The notes under the pieces are model-generated. The model did not search any database. It saw only the letters and a program-made list of their open reading frames with translations, and was not told where the DNA came from. A program made the position numbers and the translations under genes. Shown here one piece after another: positions 55,601 through 64,000 of a stretch of 64,000 nucleotides of DNA. Position 1 is the stretch's first letter, and the number at the start of each line of letters is the position of its first letter. Source of the stretch: Lytechinus pictus (taxonomy: Eukaryota); assembly GCF_037042905.1 (NCBI RefSeq), contig NC_087245.1, positions 42,596,001-42,660,000 of the forward strand, given 5' to 3'.

Positions 55601-58600
55601 TATATGCACAGAGTTTATACACTTTGGTTCCATGGATCCGTAGTGTTATAGCCCTGTGGCGGTATTCTGAACATTGTCTTTCTCTATATTTTATCTTTTC
55701 TCAGAGATATGACAAAATCGGTATTCTGGTGGATGTCATAACTTTTGTTACAAATATTGTCATAAATTTTGTCTCTTCTCTTTTTTAGTAGCACCAAAAA
55801 TATGCGGCTTTAAATGCGCGTAATACTTTATACAAGCAAAATATATGACAGGGAATAGCAGTAATAAATTTTGTCATATCTTTTAGTACCAAATATCCCG
55901 ATACCCTGCCGACTGAATGTCAAGCATATAATGATATCATTTAGATTAGATTGTGGTATTAGTTTCACTCATCATCCATGACAATTTTCAAAATTAATTT
56001 TCATGCTACAATTAGTTAGGCCCTACATATTATTTCCTCCTTTTTTTCTCTGCTTTCCTTCTTTTTCTATTTCTCTTCTAAAATCCTTCACAGCTCCCTG
56101 TCTCTCTTTGTAATTAAGCGCATCAACATACGCATATTTGCGCGATGCAAGCAACTGTATTGGGAATACGCCCTACCTGCCACGGGGGCCTTCCTATTGG
56201 CTAGAAGGGCTCTCACTGGAAACTAACGATGATTTTGATTGGTTTGCTTCCGAAAAGATGGGCGGGAACTTAAAAAGATATGACAGGGAAAGGACAATGT
56301 TCAGAATACCGATTTGTGACAATCATAGCGGTGTCACATCTCAGAGAGAAATGAAAAAAATTTATGACAAGTTATGACAGTGTTCCAGAATACCACCCCG
56401 GGTTTGCAAATATATATTTTACACGTTGATCCTTGTATGTATGCAAATATATTAATCTGTGTAGTGATATAGTCTAACTAGCACTGTTTACATGTAGCAT
56501 TTGTGAACATTGGAGTTACTGCAAATAATATGAACAAATACTATTGAATAATAAACCTTAGTTGAAGAGTCTTCTTCTTCTTCTGTTGTTTTCCTCCATG
56601 CGGTCCTGGAGAACTGCAGGATCCAGTGGATATGCAGAAAAAGGTGGTTTGATATGAACTTAGATGAAGGATAGACAGAGCTATTCTTAGGAAGAGGATC
56701 CATGGGCTACAATGTATATCATAAGAATGATTGCTGTAATGAAGTTCATGCAAGAGGTGAAGTGAGAGATAGCGAAGTTCGGGAGCTGAAGAATGCCGTC
56801 TACTGGTTGATTATAATTATAGCATCAAATTTACCCCCTTTCCAAAGAAACTTTCATTCTTTCTTTTTCATTGTAACTTCGACAAGAAACAGTTTTTAAT
56901 TGTTATTGTTTGTGTGGGCTGCCAGAGTTTGTACTTAATGTTTTCTGCACGAAAGAGACACAACAAGTCTATAAATTATCTGATAGATTTTACTTGTTTG
57001 CAAGACAAAATGCATAAAAAAAGCTTTTAAAAAACCCAAAATACTTCTAATGTAATGTGGCCCGGGCCCCTGATTGGAAACGAGCATTTCAAAATATGGA
57101 ATATTTTTTTTGCAGATATTGTACTGTATTAGGGACTTGAACCCCAAACCCTTCTGCAATCATATGAATAAACAAATCAAGTGACAGAATTACTAATACC
57201 ACCCTGTTTCGAGGTGCACTCAACTGTGCTTTAAATGTTATGCCTCATTGAGTACCATGGTATTTAATCATTGCACATGAAGCCATGTTTTAAAGCATGG
57301 GTACACTGCAGAGGAGTTAATTCAGATTGGTAAATAAAGGCCTTTAGAGACAGGGAGCCAAATATTGACTTTTAGCAAGCTGTTTTTGAAAGCACATTCA
57401 TTAGATTAGAATTTAATGATTTTTTGGAAACAAAGTTTTCATGTTCTGTATTTTTTGTTTCTGCCTCAACCTTCACTAATTTCAAAGTATATTCAGCAAG
57501 AACTCTAAAAATAACATAGATCTGCCTACATGTAGTTGTAATTCAGATGAATTTTCAATAATCTCATTTATTTGAAAATCTTTATGTAAATATTCTTACG
57601 TAATTAAATTTACTTTTCATGTATAATGGTATTTCATTATAGAGACCATTAGATCCTGTGTAGACAGTTGTGACGAGAAGGAAATAAACTTTTGTGAAGA
57701 AAAGGAAATGAACAATATAACTATATTTAAAAGACATTAACCTGCAAATTTTCTTCATTTGACTGAAATTATAGTTCCGGAAGTAAGCACCCGAGTCCCT
57801 GAACACAAAGGTTTGCAATCGATCACTTAATGGCCAATCATGGTCATTGTTGCATGCATATTTTGCACAAAATGCTGAGCATGAACCAATCAGAACTGTT
57901 CTCTCATGTTTGCAATCCATTGGAAACCTTTGTGTAACAGAGCCAGCTTTCAGTTTCATTTTCAGTTTTACTTTTAGATGTAAACAGGGTCGAGTCTAAA
58001 ATAGAATTGATTGAATTCTGCTTGGGGTGTTTTACATGCAATTTGTAATACTATCCATCTTAATCTTGAATCCCACTTGGAACTTATGTACAGTATACAC
58101 GTACATGTATGCTTGTAGGCCGAGCTTCTCCTTTCTTTGCAAATATTATTCAAAAGTGTGTTCCCAAAATGAAGTCACATATACTCCAGTTACGAGACAT
58201 ACATGTATTAGTTTGTAACTTTTAGAAACAATCCCTGTTGACTATTAATGTCATCTTAATTACAGTTGCCATAAAAATTACAGTACCTAGTATAGGCCTA
58301 AATGTACCTACTTGTTTTGCCACAATTTCAGAAGATGGAACAGCTAAGCTCACCAATTTCTTGTTATGTGAAGGGCTGAATGGTAACCAAACTAACCATC
58401 ATCCATATGTATTTAGACCTGGAGGGGGTTTCATAAAGCAGTTCGTAAAGTTACGCACAGCTTTCCTAAGCGCTTAGACATGTTTTGTGATAAGCGCTAT
58501 ACAAATAATGTTAATTAATATTATTATCATTATTATTAACATTTATGCATGACTGGAACATGTGCTTTATAGGTCATAAATTAATTACATAGGGATATTA

Positions 58601-60917
58601 CATAGCACAAGAAAGGATCACCAGTCGTGCGTAAAGTCATTCGTATCTTATGAACAGCTTTAATATGAAACATCCACCAGTTGAGGATTTCATGAACAAT
58701 CTTGTCAGTGATTTTCATTTTCTGCTCTGAGCCAATCAGATGCAAGGATTTCAGTAACTTATAACAAAAAGTCAGTGAAAATCTCTGACTGATTGTTCCA
58801 TGAAATGCTTCCCTCAATGTTCTCTTCATCAAGCGAACGCTGAATATTTGCCCAAAGCTATAAAAAAGTAAAGAAACAAGATAAATACAAACTTTTTATC
58901 AAATTCTTCTTCTCAAACTGTCCATTAGTTCGATTAAACTTGATACGGGGGTTTACTCCTCCCTTTAAAGTCCTTTCAGCTCCCACCAGACGATGTCTTG
59001 GAAAGAATTCATGCATGCCTTTCCAATGTTCTCATGCACCCTTGTGAATTCTCACTATCAGATGAAAAGGTTTCAGGTTTCGGGATTTCTAGACTAAATT
59101 GGAAAAGGGACACCTGATATGTGTCTCGGACTTGTTGAAGCCGAGTTCATGATCCGGGCAAGCCAACATGTGTAAAACTACCCTCTTGTAATTCTTGAGC
59201 AAGTACGTAGACAAAGTGTGGCGCTACTTTAAAAAATAGCTTCTATGAGGATGCCATTTTCTTTCTCTTCAGGTCTGCATACATACATGTACACAGTATC
59301 CCTGTAGGCCTATAGACATTAGGTGTATGAATTTGTAAGTGTTAAAGGCTTGTTCAGCTCTCATTGATCAATAACATTTTTCATCTTACATGCCATTGTG
59401 ACATTGTGGTGACTTTTACATTTAAAATCACAATAGACACAATTATTTGATACAGATTTAAGCAAAGACAAAGTTCCAATATGACATGATCAGGATATGT
59501 GTACATGTATATATGTTTGGACAAGAATGTCCTCAAGAAAAAAAAATCTGGTATTGTTGATCTTATTATTACCTGTGATAGTCAGGTCATACATGTATCT
59601 GAACATACATATTCATAACTTTCTGTACTGCATTTTGATTTTTTGTCTTTGTAAACGTAGGCCCACGTGATTGTAATCGATGTTATCCAGCTGAGATGCA
59701 AATAGCATCTTTATGTCAAATACATGTATTATCTTAAAACTAATGAGGTATAAAATAGTCAATCATCCATTAATAGACCAATTTGATGTGGGTCCTGGGC
59801 CCCATTGCATATAGGTTATTATCACCCGTATCAGACATCTGAGCTGGTCATTTACAAAACCGTATTACCCTACATTTTCTGAATATTGCGAAGGGATATT
59901 GTTTGTATTTTCCTCGGTCTCAATGTGCGTATTGACTTTGCATGCAGAGCTGACGCAAAATATAAGTAGTATTTTCCCTGGTCTCACATCTGGGCCTTTG
60001 AGCATGTTGAGGATGCATGTAAAGAGTTGCGCTTCATAATGATTCGCGCACCAACAATCTACATCATAATAAAGACAACGCTGGATCTGGACGCTTGCAA
60101 GTACGTCACAATGGTAGAGTGCAGAGCCTAGACCCTGATATTAACATGACACAATAGAACTCTATTCTTAAAAAGAAATATCAGCATTATCATGATTTTT
60201 GCTCTAGATATCTGATTTGGATGATAATAAAAATATTGACTGGCTCTTCTTTCGGGGAGTATCAAATATTTTCCCCTTAAAAAACCCAGTCTAAAGACTC
60301 TGGCCAATGTGATTCTTTTGCTGGCAATATATTTGATGTTCCCCTCAAGGCCAGTCAATATTATATATTATAGTAACTTTGCCATCCAATAGTAAGTACC
60401 ATGGTAACTATGCTCATCAGCCAATCAGAATCAAGGATTCAATGAAAGTGGATGACAAAGTTAATAGTAATTTTAATGCAATGGGGCCCAGTTTTTTTAA
60501 TGAAAATTTCTTTCTCAGTGCCTTAAGTACACCAACAAAAGATATTTTATGTACTGACTTACCACTAAAACTGATCAATTCATTGCACAATCTGTATGTT
60601 TCTTCCTAGCTTGTAGGTCCATGATAGAAGCTTAGAACCCTCCTAGTTGAAACTGTTGAGAGTTACATACATGTACAATATTTTGAAACAAAACCAGAGT
60701 AATACATGCATCAATCTTTTTTTCTCAATCAGAAATTGCCTTATTTAATGTGGATGTTTCTTTGATTTTTTTTTATTTATAGAACATAGAAGCTTTGATG
60801 TCAGAAGGTAACAAGTCCAGAACTGTTGCAGCGACCAACATGAACTCAGAGAGCAGTAGATCACATGCAGTCTTCAATATCACCCTAACACAGACACTCA
60901 CTGATATAGCATCAGAT
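13626..60917 (+). CDS. KIF13: Kinesin-3 motor protein, KIF13A/KIF13B (Khc-73) ortholog; 5' portion (exons 1-8), continues beyond the window
   Basis: Manual splice join(13626..13674,13824..13908,26515..26527,27226..27283,44199..44291,45126..45309,47872..47959,60783..60917) = 705 nt, open frame: [17 protein letters not shown]...TFAFDHCF...[22 protein letters not shown] (P-loop)...[17 protein letters not shown]...LKVREH...GPYVDGLS...[22 protein letters not shown] (switch I). All introns GT-AG with compatible phases. The DLAGSE exon is not in the window. Confidence 0.96.
13824..13908 (+). CDS. KIF13: KIF13 exon 2 ([29 protein letters not shown])
   Basis: Acceptor gtgtttcag|, donor AG|gtaagt, 85 nt, resembles vertebrate KIF13 exon 2 peptide. 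Confidence 0.94.
14168..14576. mobile_element. Long-TIR MITE flanked by TA (Tc1/mariner-like)
   Basis: About 110-bp inverted arms, first about 70 bp perfect; TA at 14166-67 and 14577-78. Confidence 0.85.
16322..17100 (+). mobile_element. DINE-1/HINE-like (Helentron-associated) element, copy 1, 4 internal units
   Basis: 5' gtctcacctgca + IR gtgagac + (ggc)n; tandem 160-190 bp units; 3' tgcaggtgagac-ggccagaggcattccacttg; T-run flanks, no TSD. Confidence 0.8.
17233..17698. mobile_element. MITE with CC(T/C)G(n)CAGTCAAAT TIRs and 8-bp TSD
   Basis: TIR gcagtcaaat.tattgctgtacacacgc; cttgttca at 17225-17232 and 17699-17706. Confidence 0.85.
17902..18481. mobile_element. Kolobok-type MITE family B (TTAA-AGG...CCT-TTAA)
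   Basis: TTAA flanks, AGG/CCT termini, long TIRs; related copies 43052-43527 (partial) and 62238-62850 in the opposite orientation. Confidence 0.8.
19387..19954. mobile_element. Kolobok-type MITE family A, degenerate copy
   Basis: Reverse complement of 31038-31619; a fragment also lies at about 24830-24926. Confidence 0.8.
21765..21940 (-). mobile_element. tRNA-derived SINE (second family)
   Basis: Minus strand tggctcagttggtagagc (A box) ... ggagttcaaacc (B box) followed by a non-tRNA body. Confidence 0.7.
22095..22360 (-). mobile_element. tRNA-derived SINE, same family as 8633
   Basis: Shares body (tttccttcagc.agaaatttatc.aca.tgtgctgc...gggta) with the 8633 copy; explains ORF 22096..22647. 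Confidence 0.8.
25061..26395 (+). mobile_element. DINE-1/HINE-like element, copy 2, 7 internal units
   Basis: Same termini as 16322-17100 with a longer tandem array. Confidence 0.8.
26515..26527 (+). CDS. KIF13: KIF13 exon 3, 13-nt microexon (R-KGIR)
   Basis: ttacag|GAAAGGCATAAGA|gtaagta; a 3n+1 exon is required to join phase-2 exon 2 to phase-0 exon 4. Confidence 0.88.
27226..27283 (+). CDS. KIF13: KIF13 exon 4 ([20 protein letters not shown])
   Basis: Acceptor ccacttgtag|, donor A|gtgagta, FAFD motif, 58 nt. Confidence 0.95.
27425..27827. mobile_element. Largely palindromic MITE
   Basis: aaaggtggtttt...ccatggttt and aaaccatgg...aaaaccaccttt inverted arms extending inward. Confidence 0.75.
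28204..28679. mobile_element. MITE with 3-bp TSD (CAT), PIF/Harbinger-like
   Basis: aggtggtttcagacagcctcga ... tcgaggcggtttgaaaccacct, cat on both sides; related inverted element at 45330-45919. Confidence 0.8.
31038..31619. mobile_element. Kolobok-type MITE family A, full copy
   Basis: ttaa-agggatggtccgggctg ... cagcctggaccatccct-ttaa, long TIRs. Confidence 0.88.
32304..32766 (+). mobile_element. MITE family C, copy 1
   Basis: gttctcatta ... taatgagaac ends; homologous to 36609-37012 and 40949-41404. Confidence 0.8.
36609..37012 (+). mobile_element. MITE family C, copy 2
   Basis: Collinear with 32304-32766. Confidence 0.8.
38724..39997 (+). mobile_element. DINE-1/HINE-like element, copy 3, 6 internal units
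   Basis: gtctcgcctgca ... tgcaggcgagac-tgccagaggcgttccactcg; T flanks. Confidence 0.8.
40749..40874. mobile_element. Short MITE with CAG TSD
   Basis: cag-gggcccgttgcagaaa ... tttctgcaacgggccc-cag. Confidence 0.8.
40949..41404 (-). mobile_element. MITE family C, copy 3, TAA TSD (PIF/Harbinger-like)
   Basis: taa-gacaccattct ... agaacggtgtc-taa; reverse complement of the other family C copies. Confidence 0.82.
42955..43050 (-). mobile_element. tRNA-derived SINE head fragment
   Basis: Reverse complement of 8633-8730. Confidence 0.8.
44199..44291 (+). CDS. KIF13: KIF13 exon 5 ([31 protein letters not shown])
   Basis: Long pyrimidine tract then ttgtag|, donor G|gtgaga, 93 nt. Confidence 0.97.
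45126..45309 (+). CDS. KIF13: KIF13 exon 6 (SGKSYTMMG...[21 protein letters not shown])
   Basis: Inside ORF 45011..45313; acceptor ctctcag|, donor GG|gtaaga, 184 nt; second half of the P-loop. Confidence 0.97.
45330..45919. mobile_element. MITE related to 28204-28679, containing nested MITE 45718-45874
   Basis: aggtgtattcagactgc ... gcggtgtgaatacgcct ends; shared internal catgcgcagtatggtct block. Confidence 0.7.
46266..47438 (+). mobile_element. DINE-1/HINE-like element, copy 4, 5 units, with nested MITE 46609-46754
   Basis: Same termini as other copies; second unit interrupted by the GGGAGCGTTTCAT MITE. Confidence 0.8.
47872..47959 (+). CDS. KIF13: KIF13 exon 7 ([29 protein letters not shown])
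   Basis: Inside ORF 47795..48076; acceptor cttccag|, donor GAG|gttggt, 88 nt. Confidence 0.96.
48790..49180. repeat. Three diverged direct repeats, period about 155 bp
   Basis: gaata.ctc...ataatccc...ataaaccacag.ag....attca recurring near 48795, 48945 and 49108. Confidence 0.7.
51491..52248 (-). mobile_element. Internally deleted DNA transposon with 22-bp TIR and SAP-like ORF remnant
   Basis: caattctcgctaccccaaatag / ctatttggggtagcgagaattg; minus ORF from 51785 begins [19 protein letters not shown]. Confidence 0.65.
53910..55201. mobile_element. MITE with CTG TSD containing a 480-bp duplication
   Basis: ctg-gggcgatattctgag ... ctcagaataccaccc-ctg; internal gataaaa/ttttatc repeats. Confidence 0.8.
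54098..55058. repeat. Perfect tandem duplication, 2 x 480 bp
   Basis: 54098-54577 identical to 54578-55057 line for line; the ORF track shows the duplicated peptides. Confidence 0.97.
55657..56398. mobile_element. MITE related to 53910-55201
   Basis: ggcggtattctgaaca.tgtc ... gacagtgttccagaataccacc termini. Confidence 0.7.
58420..58679. mobile_element. MITE (second copy 61477-61642) interrupted by a retroposon-like tail
   Basis: cataaagc.gttcg.aaagttacgcacagctt ... atgaaacatccacc shared; extra segment 58468-58538 ends in (tta)n. Confidence 0.7.
59798..60491. mobile_element. GGCCCCATTGCA-TIR MITE (cf. 44820-44975) split by an insertion of about 550 bp
   Basis: ctg-ggccccattgca ... tgcaatggggccc-cag; body resumes at about 60372 matching the 44839 region. 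Confidence 0.65.
60783..60917 (+). CDS. KIF13: KIF13 exon 8 ([45 protein letters not shown])
   Basis: Acceptor tttatag|, donor GAT|gtaagt, 135 nt, switch I SSRSH. Confidence 0.97.
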
Positions 60918-62237
60918 GTAAGTTTTAGACCCTGAATATTAGGCTTAAGTGATTGATCATTGATTTCTAACATTGATTGCATAAGATTATTGTGTAAGAT
61001 CAATCTGAAAACTCAGCTGCATTATCAATTGTATATAAAGCTTTAAGTTATGGGTTTCAGTTTGGGTTAATTTCAAAGGTACAGTTGATGGCACCATTGA
61101 TCACATAACATTGGTTGTGATGACAGTCTTTTCTAAAGCACTCTAAAATTGGCAAGTTTTCAGAGGGGTATTACATTTTGGACAAATGTCTGAATGCAGG
61201 GTCTTTGGTGTTCACTGTTCCATCAAACTTTTCAAAACGTTCAAGGAAAATGTTATAAAGAGTTACAGCTATGGTGACTTTACCATTATGGCAACTATCA
61301 CAGCTCAATAGCCAATAACAAGCAAGATTACTGTCATGATGGTAGTTGCCATCATGGCAGAGTTACCCTAGTAACAGACCCCTGTATGACTTTTGACAGA
61401 CTTGAATATATTATGAGACATAGAATATGATAAGCGTGGGTTCTAGAGGATAAAGGAATGACTATTAAGATCCCCTGGTGGGTGTTACATAAAGCTGTTC
61501 GAAAAGTTACGCACAGCTTTAGGCATGACTGGAACATGTTAGTTATAACTCAATTACATAGAGATGTCGCATAGCACAAGAAAGGATCACCAGTTGTGTG
61601 TTAAGTCGTACGTATCTTACAAACAGCTTCATGAAACATCCACCTGGTCTGGGAGCCACATCTAATGTACAAGACTTATCGGTCCGTTTTCTGAACCCTG
61701 GTCAAAAGTTGTGGTTGCTATGGATTGCAAACTGAGATATGTATCTCTGACCGTCAAAGTTACATTTGTCAGCTTAACTGACTGGGAATAATTGCTGAAA
61801 TAGTTCTCTCCATCATTAAAACATGAGGAAGGAACCGTGTAAAGATGGCAAAATTTATACAAATGCAATTTTGACATTTTTGCCTTCCCATAATTTTAAC
61901 AGAGTTAAAACCATGGCCTATAAAGTTAAGCTGGTCTTCAGAATACGGGCCATTACTTCTGCTTTGTTCAACTGGCAACATCTTTCATAAAATCTTCTTT
62001 AAAAAAAATTAATGTGTTCAAAATGTTTTACTCCTGGAAATATGGACAAAAAAGCCTCAAAGCTCTAACAGATTGACTTCCTACAAACATTCCTGCTGTA
62101 GTAAAGGAAGTTTCCGACTTCCTGTTAAAGTTTAATTTTTTGCTGGTCTGGACTAATATATGTTGCTGTAAATATTAAGTATAAAACTGTCCAAGTGATT
62201 ATTTTTTTTTCAAAATATATTATTTCATCAACCAAAA

Positions 62238-62850
62238 TTATAGGTCAGGTCCACCCCAGAAAAATGTTGAATTGAATAAATAGAAAAAAATCAAACTAGC
62301 ATAACGCTGAAAATTTCATCCAAATCGGATGTAAAATAAGAAAGTTATTACATTTTTAATTTTCTCCTATTTTTCACAAAACAGTGATATGCACAACTCA
62401 GTGACATGCAAATGAGATGGTCGATGATGTCCCTCTCTCACTATTTCTTTTTTTTTTTCTATTGTTTGAATTATACAATATTTCATCTTTTACAGATTTG
62501 ACAAGAAGGACCAACTTGACTGAAGCATGTAGTATAAACAATGCTACGTTAATTCCATTTGTTCACGGGGGAATTAATAATTGTTTCACTTGACAATGAG
62601 GAGAAAATAAGAATATTTCATACTTCATATAAGAAAATACAAAAGAAATAGTGAGTGGATGATGTCATCAGTCTCTTCATTTGCATACCGACCAGGATGT
62701 GCATCTTTGGTGAAATTAAGCGAAACTTTAATATGTCATTACTTATTTTACATGTACATCCTATTTTGATGAAATTTTCAGTGTTATGCTTGTTGGATTT
62801 TTCTCTTTTTATTCAAATCAACTTTTTGTTGGGGTGGTCTTGTCCTTTAA
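62238..62850. mobile_element. Kolobok-type MITE family B, full copy
   Basis: Reverse complement of 17902-18481; ends ggggtggtcttgtcct-ttaa. Confidence 0.8.
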
Positions 62851-63344
62851 TTACACTGTATTGTTTTATTAGAAAATGCTTGACAAAATGAAAAGGGAGA
62901 TATTTAAGTATATGTTTGTATTCCATTTTGAATCTACATGTCTACAAAATAACAAATTTTAAACAAGTGCCCTTATAACACATTAGAAATGTGAGCAGTT
63001 TTTATGAAATGTGCTTCAGCTGGTAATGAAAGCTATTGAAATTGGATTAAAAGTGTGTTTTGACGTGTTTTCTAGTGTTTCGATTCTATGTGCAAGCAAA
63101 TGAATCCCTTGTTTGTCTCATTGTTCATGTTTGTCTGCACTTGTGATCTCTTTGTTTTTCTACCAAACACCAATTTCATCTTCTTTCACCTCATCATCAT
63201 CAACACTATCATCAGGATGCTAATGATACCATTAGAGTGGTAAGCATTCTTTCAATCTATGATCACACACATTTTACTCTCTCCGGCCTTCTTGCCTCAT
63301 TTGTTTACTCTTCATGTACCTTTTATCAACATGTGAAGCATACC

Positions 63345-63580
63345 GTCCCTTGCATTCTTTCTCTATCTTTCTCTCCTCCTTGTCTTTCTCTGTATACATG
63401 TACATTGTATCTTACATGTTTGTCTCTCTGTATGTCCATGTCTCTCTTCATCAATCTCTGTTTGTTCATGCCTGTCTGTTTCTTTCTCTCTCTCTCTTTC
63501 CCACTGCATACTTTGTGTTCTTGTCTCTCCCTCTGTCCCTCTGTGTCTGTCATTCTCTCTGTTAATTTCTCTATCCCTTG
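63345..63580. repeat. CT/TG-rich low-complexity tract
   Basis: Degenerate (ct)n/(tg)n; source of the overlapping spurious ORFs 63237-63821. Confidence 0.7.
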
Positions 63581-64000
63581 TATGCATATACAAGTATTTT
63601 ATTTTATTTTATGCCATGTTTTCTTTTCATGTATATGCACTTATTGCCTTTCCCCATTAAAAAAAAATCTTACTATTTTGACACTTAAGTTGTCACCTTC
63701 ATTCTTTCCTTTTTCATCTTCCTTTTGGTATGTGTATACCTATTCTGTCAGTAATGTTTTGCAGGCTGGAACTATTTTATTCACTTATGCCCAATATGTT
63801 TATCATTTGGAGGTGTTTTAAATGGCAGAATGAATTGATTTTCTGTTCTGTGTCATGTGCAGATTTTCATCATACATGAGCTTCATATCCATAAAGTTAA
63901 CAGCTTTGTTAATACCCTGCAAGGCATTGGGGTTAGCTGCATCACTGAGATTAATGCAAAGCCACATGACAGCAGCAACACCTACAAGAAATGTACATTC

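Noticed and set aside
56560..56800. RTE-like LINE 3' end on the minus strand (RTAWRK followed by (gaa)n)
   Set aside because: Too short and degenerate to call with confidence.
63237..63821. 194-aa ORF and antisense ER-rich ORFs
   Set aside because: Product of a CT-rich low-complexity tract.
63841..63900. Possible KIF13 exon 9 after gtgcag
   Set aside because: No frame gives the expected K.SLVDLAGSER motif; exon 9 must lie beyond the window.

Overview
Eukaryotic, AT-rich, repeat-dense DNA from a marine invertebrate (repeat content is echinoderm/sea-urchin-like; species not provable). The only host protein-coding gene I can support is the 5' part of a plus-strand kinesin-3 gene of the KIF13A/KIF13B (Khc-73) subfamily. 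Eight GT-AG exons (13626-60917, 705 nt, 235 codons) splice in frame and include a 13-nt microexon at 26515-26527; the gene continues past the window end. The rest is mostly transposon-derived: a 5'-truncated L1/Tx1-type LINE with a TSD and two nested DNA elements, tRNA-derived SINEs, TTAA-flanked Kolobok-type MITEs, MITEs with 3-bp TSDs (PIF/Harbinger-like), and four DINE-1/HINE-like elements carrying 4-7 tandem units rich in perfect DR1 motifs. The most unusual signal is the abundant palindrome TACATGTA in the gene body. Comparing paralogous repeat copies inside the window shows it repeatedly arose as a CATGTA insertion at a TA, matching a Tc1/mariner excision footprint. There is also a perfect 480-bp tandem duplication. 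Most entries in the ORF track are spurious.
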